Source: Azolla caroliniana
Taxonomy: Eukaryota; Plantae; Polypodiophyta
NCBI GenBank assembly: GCA_043228905.1
Contig: JBHGNT010000007.1
Span: 15,438,001 to 15,502,000, forward strand
DNA length: 64,000 nucleotides
Direction of reading: 5' to 3'
How positions within the stretch are numbered: the stretch's first letter is position 1; the number at the start of each line of letters is the position of its first letter. Under the pieces are notes generated by a model. The model was not told the origin of the DNA, did not search any database, and saw only the letters and a program-made list of their open reading frames with translations. The position numbers and the translations under genes are program-made. Of the stretch, positions 1 through 10,439 are shown piece by piece.

Positions 1-654
1 GTGAAGCCTCCGGTAGTTGACGTGGCTGATCCGCTTGTGCCACAGGTCGATATCCGACTCGACCTTCTGTCCTTTGGCGAACAATGCAGTGCCAACATCA
101 TTGGTGTTGAGGATAAACATCCTCCCATCTCTGCACCCTTGCGCAATAACTTCGCCCTCATCCTCAATGAAGCACCCGAGGTGTATAAACCGCACCTGCA
201 TCCCCTGGTCGACGATCTGTCCGACCGACACCAGGTTCTTCGTGATCGTCGGAACATGTAATACATTCATCAGCTTCCCCCTCTGTCCGACATGGCTCAA
301 AGGGACTTCTCCAACGTGCACGATCGAGTGGGGAGTGTCGTCTCCGGTTTCGACAACGCCCGGTTGATGCAGCTTCTCCAAAAAGGAGAACCACTCCCCG
401 TGGCTTGTCATGTGGTTCGATGCGCCGGAGTCAACGTACCACACTTCCTTCGATTTAGAAGTGGTCTTCTTCATTGAGTTTACCTTGTGCTTCATCACCA
501 AGGCTGGCCCCTTACCGTTCTTCGATCCTCCCGATCCGTTTGCGTAGTGCGAGCTTTGTCGGCCTTCCTTACCGGTCTTGCCGGATCCGGATGTGTTTGA
601 ATCGGCACGCTTTTTCCAGCACTCGCTTTCCCTGTGGCCCTTTTGGCCACAATA

Positions 655-1437
655 CTAGCATTCCGTAGCAGATTTGTCTTGCCGGCCTCCGGCACGACCT
701 TGACTCCCTCTGCTTGTGGAAGTCCTGGAACTGCTGTCGGCACACTCATTGTGCCTTCGTTCCTGCTCTTGTCGGTCGCCTCCATTGCGTGCCGACCTGC
801 CGAGTCTACCACGCCCGCGGGACCGATCCACTCCCGTGTACAGCATCCGGTTGTCTGGGGATGCACTGGTAGATGCACCGGCGTGGTTCTCCTCTACCAA
901 GAGCATCGACTGTAAGTCGAAAAATGAGCGCGTATTCTCCCTTGTACAAACCGCAATCCGGAAAGCTCCGAACTTGGACGACAAGCCTCCAAGACAGACA
1001 TGCACCATCTCGTCTTCCTCTACGGTGACATTAATAGAGGCAAGCGAGTCACAGATCCCTTTGATCCAGGCTGTGTAATCTGCCACCGACATGTTCTTCT
1101 GTCGAACATTGCTCAACTCCTGTCTGAGTTGCAGCTTCCGGGCAGTGGTGCTTGCGGCGAAAACCTTTTTCAAGTTTCCCCAAGCATCCTTCGGTGTCTT
1201 GGCGTCACGGATATGGCTGAGCAGCTGGTCACCGACACTAGACGCGAAGCAGTACTTCACCCTGGTTGCCACCTGTTCCCACACTGGGAAGTTCTTCTGT
1301 GTCGTCTCCGGTGCAGAGTCGTTCACTCCGTCGACATAACTCCAGTAGCCATGCCCAAGCAGGTACTGGTGCATCTTGTATGACCAAGATGCGTAGTTGG
1401 TTCTATCGAGCTTCTCCACCAGGAGCGACGTAGCCAT
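655..1437 (-). pseudogene. Copia gag(-pol), interrupted by a TGG>TAG nonsense codon in the CCHC knuckle
   Basis: 260-aa ORF with Copia gag N-terminus. The downstream frame stays open through the protease and pre-integrase motifs to the window edge. Confidence 0.88.
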
Positions 1438-1544
1438 ACCTCAGTCCATTTCTCCTTTTGTGTCTGCTTTCCGATCTGTTAGGGTTTCCTTCACAAACGT
1501 AGATGTCTGCAGCAGAGGTTCTCAACCCACGCGCTCTGATACCA

Positions 1545-1585
1545 TGTAAAAGATTGCTTGCGGAAGCGTTAGAAAGAACAATACA

Positions 1586-1636
<51 letters not shown>

Positions 1637-1647
1637 GGAGAGAGCGG

Positions 1648-1678
<31 letters not shown>

Positions 1679-2016
1679 GAAGACACACTATTTTCCAAAA
1701 TTATATGAATACTCTATGCTCTCTATCTACAACGCGCTCATCAGCGCTATTTATACAAGTCCACACGGGACTGTTAGAAGTATGGTGTACTTCAATGCTC
1801 ACATGAGCATCTGACACTAACTACGAGACTATAACTGCCTAGTAGTCTAACCTATACTAGGCTTCTGGTTACGGATTGGATCCGGCATACCGGCTCCCCA
1901 GCTCACCGGTCCTTACTGCTTACCGGCTCGGTTGCTCACCGGCATACCGATTCATCTCGCTTACCGGCTCGGGCTTATTCAGCCGATCCGGCTCCGGTTG
2001 AGCTTGCCGCTCAACA
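1545..2016 (-). repeat. 5' LTR (~472 bp) with internal (GA)n tract
   Basis: TG...CA termini, adjacent PBS, homologous to the LTR at 2873-3336 in inverted orientation; (GA)n at ~1589-1680. Confidence 0.9.
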
Positions 2017-3218
2017 GAGATGAACAAGTCGGCGGTATGTCGGCTGAAGAAGTTACTTTATGGCCTGAAGCAAGCCCCCCGAGCTTTGAATGTGAAGATC
2101 ACGCACCGGTTGCGTAAGATGGGGTTTGCGGTTGCCAAGTCTGACTCTTTGTTGTTCATCTGGCAAGGTTCGGATGGTCCGTTTTGCATCTTGTTGTATG
2201 TTGATGATCTAGTCATCATCGAACCCGGACTCGATGAAATCAACCAAGTCAAGTCCCAGTTGTCGAAATCATTTGAGATGAAGGACCTAGGGGACCTTCA
2301 CTATTTCCTTGGGATCGAGGTGATCTGAACCCCGGACGGCATATTGCTCTCACAAAGACACTATGTGTTGAATATGTTGTACAAGTTCGGCATGTCAGAA
2401 TGCCGACCGATCTCCACACCCCTGGATCGGAACCAAAAGCTCCGGCCCGACTCCGGACTGTCCTGCAATGAGAAGCGGTTCCGACAAATCGTCGAAAGCC
2501 TTATATATTTGACAATCACCCGACCCGACATCAGTTTTCCGGTTGGCGTGATCAGCCAATATATGCAGAAGTCAATCATGGAGCACCTTCTGGGCACGCA
2601 TCGAATTTTGCGATATATGAGCAACACGAAGGAATCGGCGAATCGGCAAGCACCGAAGTCACAGCAGCGAGGGAGCTGAATTGGGCCTGTTGAGCAGACA
2701 AGCCGACCGAGGAGGTCGAGGTGCGCTGAATCAGAAAGGTCACGGCAAACCGGACCAGACCAGATGAGGAGCGTGAGCGAGGCGGAGTGACGCCAGAAGG
2801 AGCCAGGTGGAAGGACTGGCTGCTATGGAGACTGACACTACGATCCGGCCTCAAGTTGAGCTTGAGGGGGAGTGTTGAGCGGCAAGCTCAACCGGATCCG
2901 GATCGGATGAATAAGCCTGAGCCGGATTGGCATCCGGAAGCAAGTGAGTCGGTGAGCTGGGGAGTTGGTTAGCCAGATCAAGCAGTAACCGGAAGCCTAG
3001 TAGTAGCCTAGACTACTAGGTAGTTAATGTCTCGTAGTTAGTGTCAGACGCTCGTGTGAGCATTGAAGTACATTGTACTTTTGTCAGTCCTCTTAGGACT
3101 TGTATAAATAGTTTTGTTGAGCACGTTGTATGTACAAAGTATTTTACAGAGTTGATGATAATATATTTAAGTTGTTTTGCTCTTTCTCTGTCTCTCCTGC
3201 GTACCTTCTGTGTGTTAA

Positions 3219-3285
<67 letters not shown>

Positions 3286-3336
3286 TGCTATCCGGCTAAG
3301 CCGGTTGTCTAACGCTTCCACACCTTCGTTTTTACA
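2017..3336 (+). mobile_element. Ty1/Copia 3' fragment of the same family (RT, RNase H deleted, PPT, 3' LTR)
   Basis: RT motifs CRLKKLLYGLKQAPRA and LYVDDLVI (2020-2328, stop TGA), then LTITRPDI (2344-2630). PPT GAGGGGGAG at 2864-2872. LTR 2873-3336 (TGTTGAGCGG...TTTTACA) with (TC)n at 3223-3283. Confidence 0.9.
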
Positions 3337-3604
3337 TGTTTCCATATAATCATTGAGCTCTGCTTCCATTACTGCACCATATAGTTTAGCGAGCGTATGA
3401 CCTATCATAATGGTCCTATATGTATTTGGGTCCATTGGGTCCCCTCCTTTATGGATAAGGGCCACTGCGTTCATGGTCCATTGTGGTGGAAAACCCTTGG
3501 CGAGGGCGCAATTGAAGATTAGAGTGAGAAAGGAGGCTAGGCACTCCAGCTCGCAATCCTTTGTGGTCCATGGATTTCCTATGTTGTAATTTTTTTATGA
3601 CCTT
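3337..3604 (-). mobile_element. LINE RT fragment, same family as the LINE at 26320-31110
   Basis: Colinear at the nucleotide level with 28534-28821 and encodes IHKGGDPMDPNTYRTIMIGHTLAKLYGAVME. Confidence 0.9.
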
Positions 3605-4640
3605 TGAGAGTGTGATGGCACAATTTTGTGGAACTTGCCAAAACCCTAAGAAGGGGCTTTCTATAATTTGAGCCTTCCTTCCTTGAAAACTTGAAAAGCT
3701 TTGTAATCTTGTCTCATAGTGAAATCTATTGCCTCGTGGTTTTTCTTGTTTAAGGGTTTCCATGTAAATCTTGTGCACAGTGTACTTTAAGTTTATGTTT
3801 TGCGTTTTTTTTAGCCTATTTTTCTTGTTCGTCTTCGGTCCAAAACATATCAAACTGGTATCAAAGCTTGAGGTGCTAGATGGAAGGAGGTGTGTGTGGT
3901 TTTCTAGGAATGATAGTCCTGAAATCACATAATTACTCAGACTAGAAGATCAAGATGGAGGACCTTCTGATAGTCAGACACATATATGAGCCGATAAATA
4001 GGAAAGAAATACCAATAGGGGTACTAGAGTCTGAATGCAAGATCCTGAACATAAAGGTGGTGACAACCATCAAACAGTGTGTATATGACAGCAAAGTTTC
4101 CATTAGATGACGCAATACAGGCCCTGCTACTACTTTGTACTCTACCGAACAACTGGGAGAACCTAGTAGTATCACTTAGGGCTTCATGTCAAGAAGAAAA
4201 CTTGTCTTTACAAGTGATAAAGACAAGTATTCTAAACGAAGAGACAAGGAGAAAGGACAAGGGTGTCTAGTCTTATTCGGAAACGAATGTGGCACGACAC
4301 CCCAGCAGATGCAGAAACAAACATAGGAGTTCACAAAACAGAGACAAGTCCCATGCCAAGTCAAAGTTCAAGGGAAGACTCACATGTTTCTATTGTGGGA
4401 AACTTGGACACTTCCAAAACGATTGTCAACATCTTAAGAAAGACGAAGGTATTGTTGATGATGTTGAACCCAAGAAGATATCCGAGGAAAAAAGCACTTC
4501 AACCATTGCTACTAGTGAAGAAGAGCTTTTATTCATTTGTAAACAAGCGAGTGTCAACCTTGCAAATGAAGAGTGTGCTTGGGTGATTGATTCTGGCACA
4601 TCGTTCCATTTAACTCCCACAAGAGAATGTTTTACACGAG
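3605..4640 (+). mobile_element. Decayed Ty1/Copia (Tnt1/Tork-like): LTR 3' part, PBS, gag, protease
   Basis: U5-like motif CGTGGTTTTT...GGGTTTCCATGTAAA (~3735-3768). PBS TGGTATCAAAGC at 3856-3867. gag MIVLKSHNYSD*KIKMEDLL and LLLCTLPNNWENL, knuckle CFYCGKLGHFQNDC, protease WVIDSGTSFHLT; frameshifted and truncated. Confidence 0.82.
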
Positions 4641-4722
4641 GCAATAGGTTCTTTACGTCACTTTGTAGTCCGTCGTGTTCTTGCAACGGTTGAAGTAACA
4701 TGGGATGCTTTCACGGGATGCT

Positions 4723-5017
4723 TTATTCTTGAATGGAATTTTTTAAGTGAAAATTTTGGATGCTTGAGAGGATCCCTTAATTAACAATTTTAAGGTAGTT
4801 TGTGATCAAGCGAACAAAGTATTTATTGCCCGAAAATTCAAATATTTCAATAATCCTCAAAACTATCAAAGCTTGATTTAACTATTCTTGAATGGAAATT
4901 TTGGATGCTTGAGAGGATTTCTCAATTAACAACTTTAAGATGGTTTATGGTTGAGTGAAAAAAGTATATGTTGTTACAAAATCAAATATTTCAATAATCC
5001 TCAAAACGATGGGAGCT
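4723..5017. repeat. Diverged tandem duplication, ~150-bp unit x2
   Basis: TATTCTTGAATGGAA...TTTTGGATGCTTGAGAGGAT...CAAATATTTCAATAATCCTCAAAAC occurs twice. Confidence 0.75.
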
Positions 5018-5849
5018 TTCCTTTTCAAATACGCGTATATCAATGCTCAAACTTTTGGAACTTACAACTTTGTTGCACAATGTAATTGAGATCACCTATC
5101 CTTTGTATTGCAAAACCTTACATTATCTATTGGAAGAATCAATTACTTGTCGAATCTTTTTACAATGTGGTTCAAGTAGAAAATAATAATTTATCTCATT
5201 GTAACTACGGTTAGTTTCTTGAATACAAATGAACATTGAATATTAAGTCATGTGAGACGTGCTAACCACGAGATACCTTTAATCTTTAATTTATATCTTT
5301 GCCATACATTGATAACGATGATGTGAATTTGTGGTGTTGGTATCAACAATCTGTATATTTAGGGGTGGATATCCCAAAGTTTGGTATCATTTTTAAGGAA
5401 AATATCAAGTCAAAAACAAATATCTCAAAATTTAAAGAGTAAGTTCTAAAAAAGAATGGTGTAAAAGTTTGAGCTTCAAATCATAAGTATTTATATATCG
5501 CGTAGTATATCACATATTCAAACTTTGAACTCTACATGATTCCCCATTTTGCATGTGCAAAAGAACCTCTTTATTAAATATCCAATTAATTTTTTGAAAT
5601 TAACAATCAATGGACAAAAAGACAATAAAACCCATCATAAATATTGTACAATGGGCAATGATTTGTTGCCATCGATCTTAATCAAATATCACTCTAAACT
5701 AACCATTCAAGAGGGATATATTATCCTAGTTGTGTGAATACCCATCTCTCTCTCTCTCTCTCTAGCTTAATCTGGTCTTAGAAGAGGTTAATATATCTTT
5801 CATTCTTTTTCTCTCTCCTTTCCTTGTTTTGCACTACATTAAGGCTCCC

Positions 5850-7356
5850 ATGGTGAATCCAGACATTACTTATGAAGAGGTGTTTATGTTTGTGAGGGAG
5901 TGGTTGATTACAAGATGTTTGGTTCATTATTAGATTGCAAATTTATGAATCACTTACTAAACCCTTATTAAAGTTGGTGGTTATTATAATGTTAGGGTTA
6001 TTTTAAGAATTCGCGTGGAATCAAGCTATTCACATGTAAATGGATCCCCCCCAACTTATCAAGAGCCTTAATATTCATATGCCATGGTTTGTACCATTCA
6101 TGTTTATGATTCCATTTCTCAATTTTATGCGTCACACGGTTTAAATTTGTTGTTTTATTTTCGCAGGCTACGCCGTGGAATGTAGCATTTATATGAAAGG
6201 TATAATTTACTTCTCATTTAACATATGTACTACATTTATATCCAAGTGTCGTATGTTGTGTTTTACATGAAAGGTTTAATATATCATAGTGTTTTACATG
6301 AAAGGTATTTATTAATTTTTGTGTGAAGTATGTATTGAGTTTCTATCCTAATGACAAATTAATTTACTTGGATAATGATGATGAAATCTATCTATCTTCG
6401 TCAATCCTTAACACTCACTTACCCTAGATAGTCACGCAAAAACATTACCAAGTTGTGTTAAGGAGATCAAATCTTTTTGCTTGTGTTCTTTTCAGATGTG
6501 GGGCTCACCCTTGCCAAAGAAGGGTATGGTGTCATTGGAATTGACATAGAAGGACATGGAAAATCCGAGGGCATGCGTTGTTACTTACCTTCATTTTCCC
6601 AAATGGTTGAGGATTGTGGTTTGTTCTTTCAAACTATATGGGGTGAGAAAACATGATAATGTCATAGATGGCTCATTACATCATACACAATATACACATG
6701 GAATATTTGAGGGCATGCATTGTTAGTAGTTGATGGTTGGTGAGATATATTTATGTGTGTAACAACTCAATAGATGGCTCGTTTATTATTAACTTACATA
6801 CATCATACATATATATACATAATGGACATATTTATATTGATTTATACCTAGTTTCCTATTTGTTACCACATTCTTTCCCAAGTTATTTGTTGATTTTCTT
6901 TTTCTCTTATTTTAGCTCTTCATTTAAAACCTCAAACTATGCCCAACTGAGTTACAACCCACACATTCAATCCTACATAAGTTGCAACAAAGAAAATGAA
7001 TTTTTGTTTAATTCCACATTAAAAGGTTTGCTTTGCTTAAAAATGACATGTAGTACCAACTTTAACCATGCATGTGTGAATATTGGATGCTAGACATATT
7101 GAATATGACTCATGAGGATAAAACTTGAGGATTTATGATGTCTATTTTCTTTCTACAATCTAACGCTCTTTTAACTCTATATAGAGCAAAAAGAACATAA
7201 AAACAAGCCTCGATTTTTGTATGGAGAATCCATGGGTGGTGCAACATCGCTCTCTCTGCATATGCAACAACCTCATGTATGGAGTGGAGCTATCTTAATA
7301 GCCCCAATGTGCAAAGTAAGTGTTTATTTGTAGCACACTTATGGCATAGTAGTAAT

Positions 7357-7420
<64 letters not shown>

Positions 7421-8653
7421 AAATATCTAATCAAATTGTATTTAATTAGGTAACAAAGACAAAAACATATATGATTTATGATGGCACCTTGATCCCTAGA
7501 AAGAATCTTAAAAATTCATGTGTCTCTTCTTCAAATTGATCATTTAAGTTTTGCTTTCTTATTGAAAAGATTTCCGATAAATTGAAGCCTCCGCGAATAG
7601 TTATTTCAATTCTAAAGCTTCTTACTAATGTGGTGCCCACATGGAAGATAGTACCTTTGAAGAATATTATTGACGTAGGATTGAAAGATCCCGCAAAAAG
7701 GAAACAGGTATATGAGCTTCAAATAATAATGCTACTTGATTTCATCTCACATTATGTCTTACCCTTGCTCCATGCTCATAGATTTATGACAACCCATATA
7801 TATATCATGATAAACCTCGAGTAAAGACGGCTTGGGAACTTCTACAAGCAAGCTTAAATGTAGAAAAACAATTAGATAAGGTACTAAAATTTGTTGAGTT
7901 TAAACTCATATGTAATTAATGATACTCAAATTGAATGAACTCATAGAAATTCCACTCCATCGAATTCTTAGCATATATTATCGTATAATATACGAAATAC
8001 ATTTCTAGAATCTAGAAATTTAAATATCCTTTTGAAGGTGAACAAGTGAACACAAAAAAGTTAACAAGCTAGACTGGAAATTGATTTTATCATCTCATAA
8101 TTTGTGAAAGATATTTTTTTACTCGAAATTATGGGTCTAATAGAGCTGTGTGGATTCAATAGAATAACCTCCTTAACATCTATCTAGCATGCTTGGAGAT
8201 ATTCATATCGCACATGAACAATATTGTATTGCTAGTTATCTAATTATAAATTGTATTCATTGTAAAATGCATGAGACATAAATGTTGTAAACTAATATTT
8301 CTGCACATGAACAATATTGTATTCTAGCCCAAAGTGAATATTATCTAGTTCTAAAATTTATTCATTTTATATTGCATGAAAAAATAAATGTTGGAGACTA
8401 GAAAATGAGCTTTTGAGAATTTCCTTAGGTGATATTGCCTTTTTTGGTATTGCACGGCGAGGAAGATGTGGTGACCGACCTCGATATTAGTAGAGCACTA
8501 TTTGAGAAATCCAATAGCCAAGACAAAACCTTCAAGACCTATCCTGGTATGTGGCATGGGCTCACCTTTGGAGAGACTAAAGAAAATTCTGAGCTAGTTT
8601 TTCATGACATTATACAATGGCTCAATGAGAGGAGTTCATCTACGATGACATGA
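5850..8653 (+). CDS. Alpha/beta hydrolase, monoacylglycerol lipase / caffeoyl-shikimate esterase-like (Hydrolase_4), 297 aa, 8 exons
   Basis: Exons 5850-5879, 5996-6086, 6167-6199, 6496-6642, 7185-7315, 7570-7707, 7782-7880, 8429-8653; all GT-AG, 894 nt in frame. Motifs KLFTCKW, ICHGY, GIDIEGHGKSEG, nucleophile GESMGG, LHGEED (Asp) and YPGMWHGL (His), so the catalytic triad is intact. Confidence 0.95.
7338..7420. repeat. (GT)n(ATGT)n microsatellite in lipase intron 5
   Basis: Read directly from the sequence. Confidence 0.95.
8210..8400. repeat. ~95-bp tandem duplication in lipase intron 7
   Basis: GCACATGAACAATATTGTATT...TGCATGA...ATAAATGTTG occurs twice. Confidence 0.7.
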
Positions 8654-8959
8654 AAACCTTTCACTACATCTATGTAATCCAAATATACTTTAAACTACCT
8701 GCAACCCACTCCCTTTCACTATGTCTATGTAATCCAAATATAAAGCTACCGATTCCCCGTTTTGTTTCTAATATATATGATACATACATGGTAATTCTAT
8801 CTTGATGTGATATATTCATCATTTTGTTAAGGTACACAGGAAAGTGTATACACACATCATACATGTATAAGTCATGTTAATTAAATTCGTGTAACTACCA
8901 TTCCCTCTTTCAAGATATAATGTGCAAGTTACAAAACCACACAATCTCTCTCTCTTGGT

Positions 8960-9466
8960 GAAAACACACAATTATATTAATAATTGTGTGAAAAACACTA
9001 CTTACAATGGGTATCACAATGGAGTATGGTCAAGCGCGAACTACATGGGTAGTGGAACACGATTACCAATAGGCAAGATGAACATTCCACCGAGGAAAGA
9101 AATTCTACTCCCTTCAACTTTCGTAGATATGCTTTGACTCCACACCTACCATCAAATACTAAAGCATTGCGCATGTCCCAATTATCACACAATCCAAATA
9201 CCTCAGAAATAAGAAAACGATCTCCATCTCTGCCTTTGGGTTGACCTGTGTGAATTGTGCAAACACTCAATGTCTTGGAGTCATATAGCACCATGACAAA
9301 ACTTGTCAAATTTGAGAGAAATGTAACTCCAAATCTAGCAACCAATCAGACATTGTATAAAACTATAAGGACTAACTTCCACTTGAACAATGCAAAAGAA
9401 GCAATTACCCGTTGCTAGTAAATGTCCATATAAAGCTAAATCCAAAGGGAAACCCCCAATCAAAGT
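8960..9466 (-). mobile_element. Decayed L1-type LINE 3' end (zf-RVT region), left half; continues at 16430-16800 beyond the Gypsy insertion
   Basis: Joining across the Gypsy TSD gives ...SKLPLVALALIGGFPLDLALYGHLLATGNCFFCIVQVE..SFIQCLIGC*IWSY... and then WDMRNALVFDG. These match the CxxC..E..H.F..C...W and W..RN..VF motifs of plant L1 ORF2 C-termini. Confidence 0.65.
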
Positions 9467-9816
9467 TGTTAAAGCTTATTCCTAATGTAAGCATGAAATA
9501 AGGAAATATAAGATAAGTAGATAGAGGAAGAGAGAGAAAGAAGGATGTGATCCACCTGACCACCCCAAGCGAAGGGATCAAGACAAACTAAAGCCTTGAT
9601 CGACGTCCCATACCACCGCCATAGCATTGAGTCGTACTTGATACTAGCGCGCTCGCTACAAGAGTATGTTCACCACACAATCACAATCTCGATGTAGTCA
9701 AATGATGTGTCTAATGAGGGTAGCTAGGTCTCATATTTATAGCCAAACCTAAGGCCTCTAAGCAAGTTCACACTTGGCCCTTTTGGGTTGTCCCAATTCC
9801 TAGTATTAAAAGTAAT

Positions 9817-10439
9817 TGAAAGAGTGATGATAGAAAGAAGAGATAAAGAAGATATATAAATCCAAAACTACAAAGATTTATTGATAATGAATGACCATGA
9901 TGGAAGGAAGAGAGAAAGAAGATACATAAATCCAAGTATACAAAGATACATTAATAACAACTCAACCACACTACATGAAAAGGAAAGAAAACACAACAAG
10001 AAAATAACTAAGAACAAAACCCCCACACAACCTTACTCTTCTTGCTTTATATAAAGGTCTCCTAGACTACTAGATAACTTCCCATTGCTTTCTTTTTCAC
10101 GCTTTTTTTAGAAGTTTTTCATCTCCTATTTTTAGTTATGACACAATGACCTTCTTTTCGTTATATCTCTCTCACTAGAGCTCCAAATTTAGAGATCTAA
10201 AGTTCTAACCCATATTTGCACATTATATTTGGGTTTCAAACAAAATAGTTATGAGCGTTAGTTTCAAACTGTGTTTTGGTGGCCTGCTTATTTCTTCTTT
10301 TACTTTTCTCAATGTTTCTTGTTTTTAGTTTGACTTATCCTCAAGATCTTGGTTCGTGTTCTTGCCCTCCAAATGTGAATGCTCCATACCTCATATTCTT
10401 CTAGTGTTCAATAGCTTGAATTCTAAAAACACTTTCACA
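9817..10439. mobile_element. Solo LTR (623 bp) inserted in the Gypsy 3' LTR
   Basis: TGAAAG...CTTTCACA termini, TSD GTAAT/ATAAT, absent from the sister LTR at 15997-16429, homologous to 22718-23353. Confidence 0.85.

Larger units (their letters stand above)
1..2016 (-). mobile_element. Ty1/Copia LTR retrotransposon, 5' part (5' LTR, PBS, gag, protease, start of integrase); runs off the left edge
   Basis: 5' LTR 1545-2016 (minus strand TGTTGAGCGG...TTTTACA). PBS TGGTATCAGAGC (tRNA-iMet type) at 1533-1544. gag ORF 655-1437 (KLDRTNYASWSYKM, UBN2-like) ends at a TAG inside the zinc knuckle (EC*YCGQKGHRESECW). The same frame continues to protease WYVDSGASNHMT and pre-integrase LWHKRISHVNY. Confidence 0.93.

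Noticed and set aside
3016-3474. 152-aa ORF with LINE RT sequence followed by an ER repeat
   Set aside because: Chance read-through from the LINE fragment into the antisense LTR and its (TC)n tract; not a gene.
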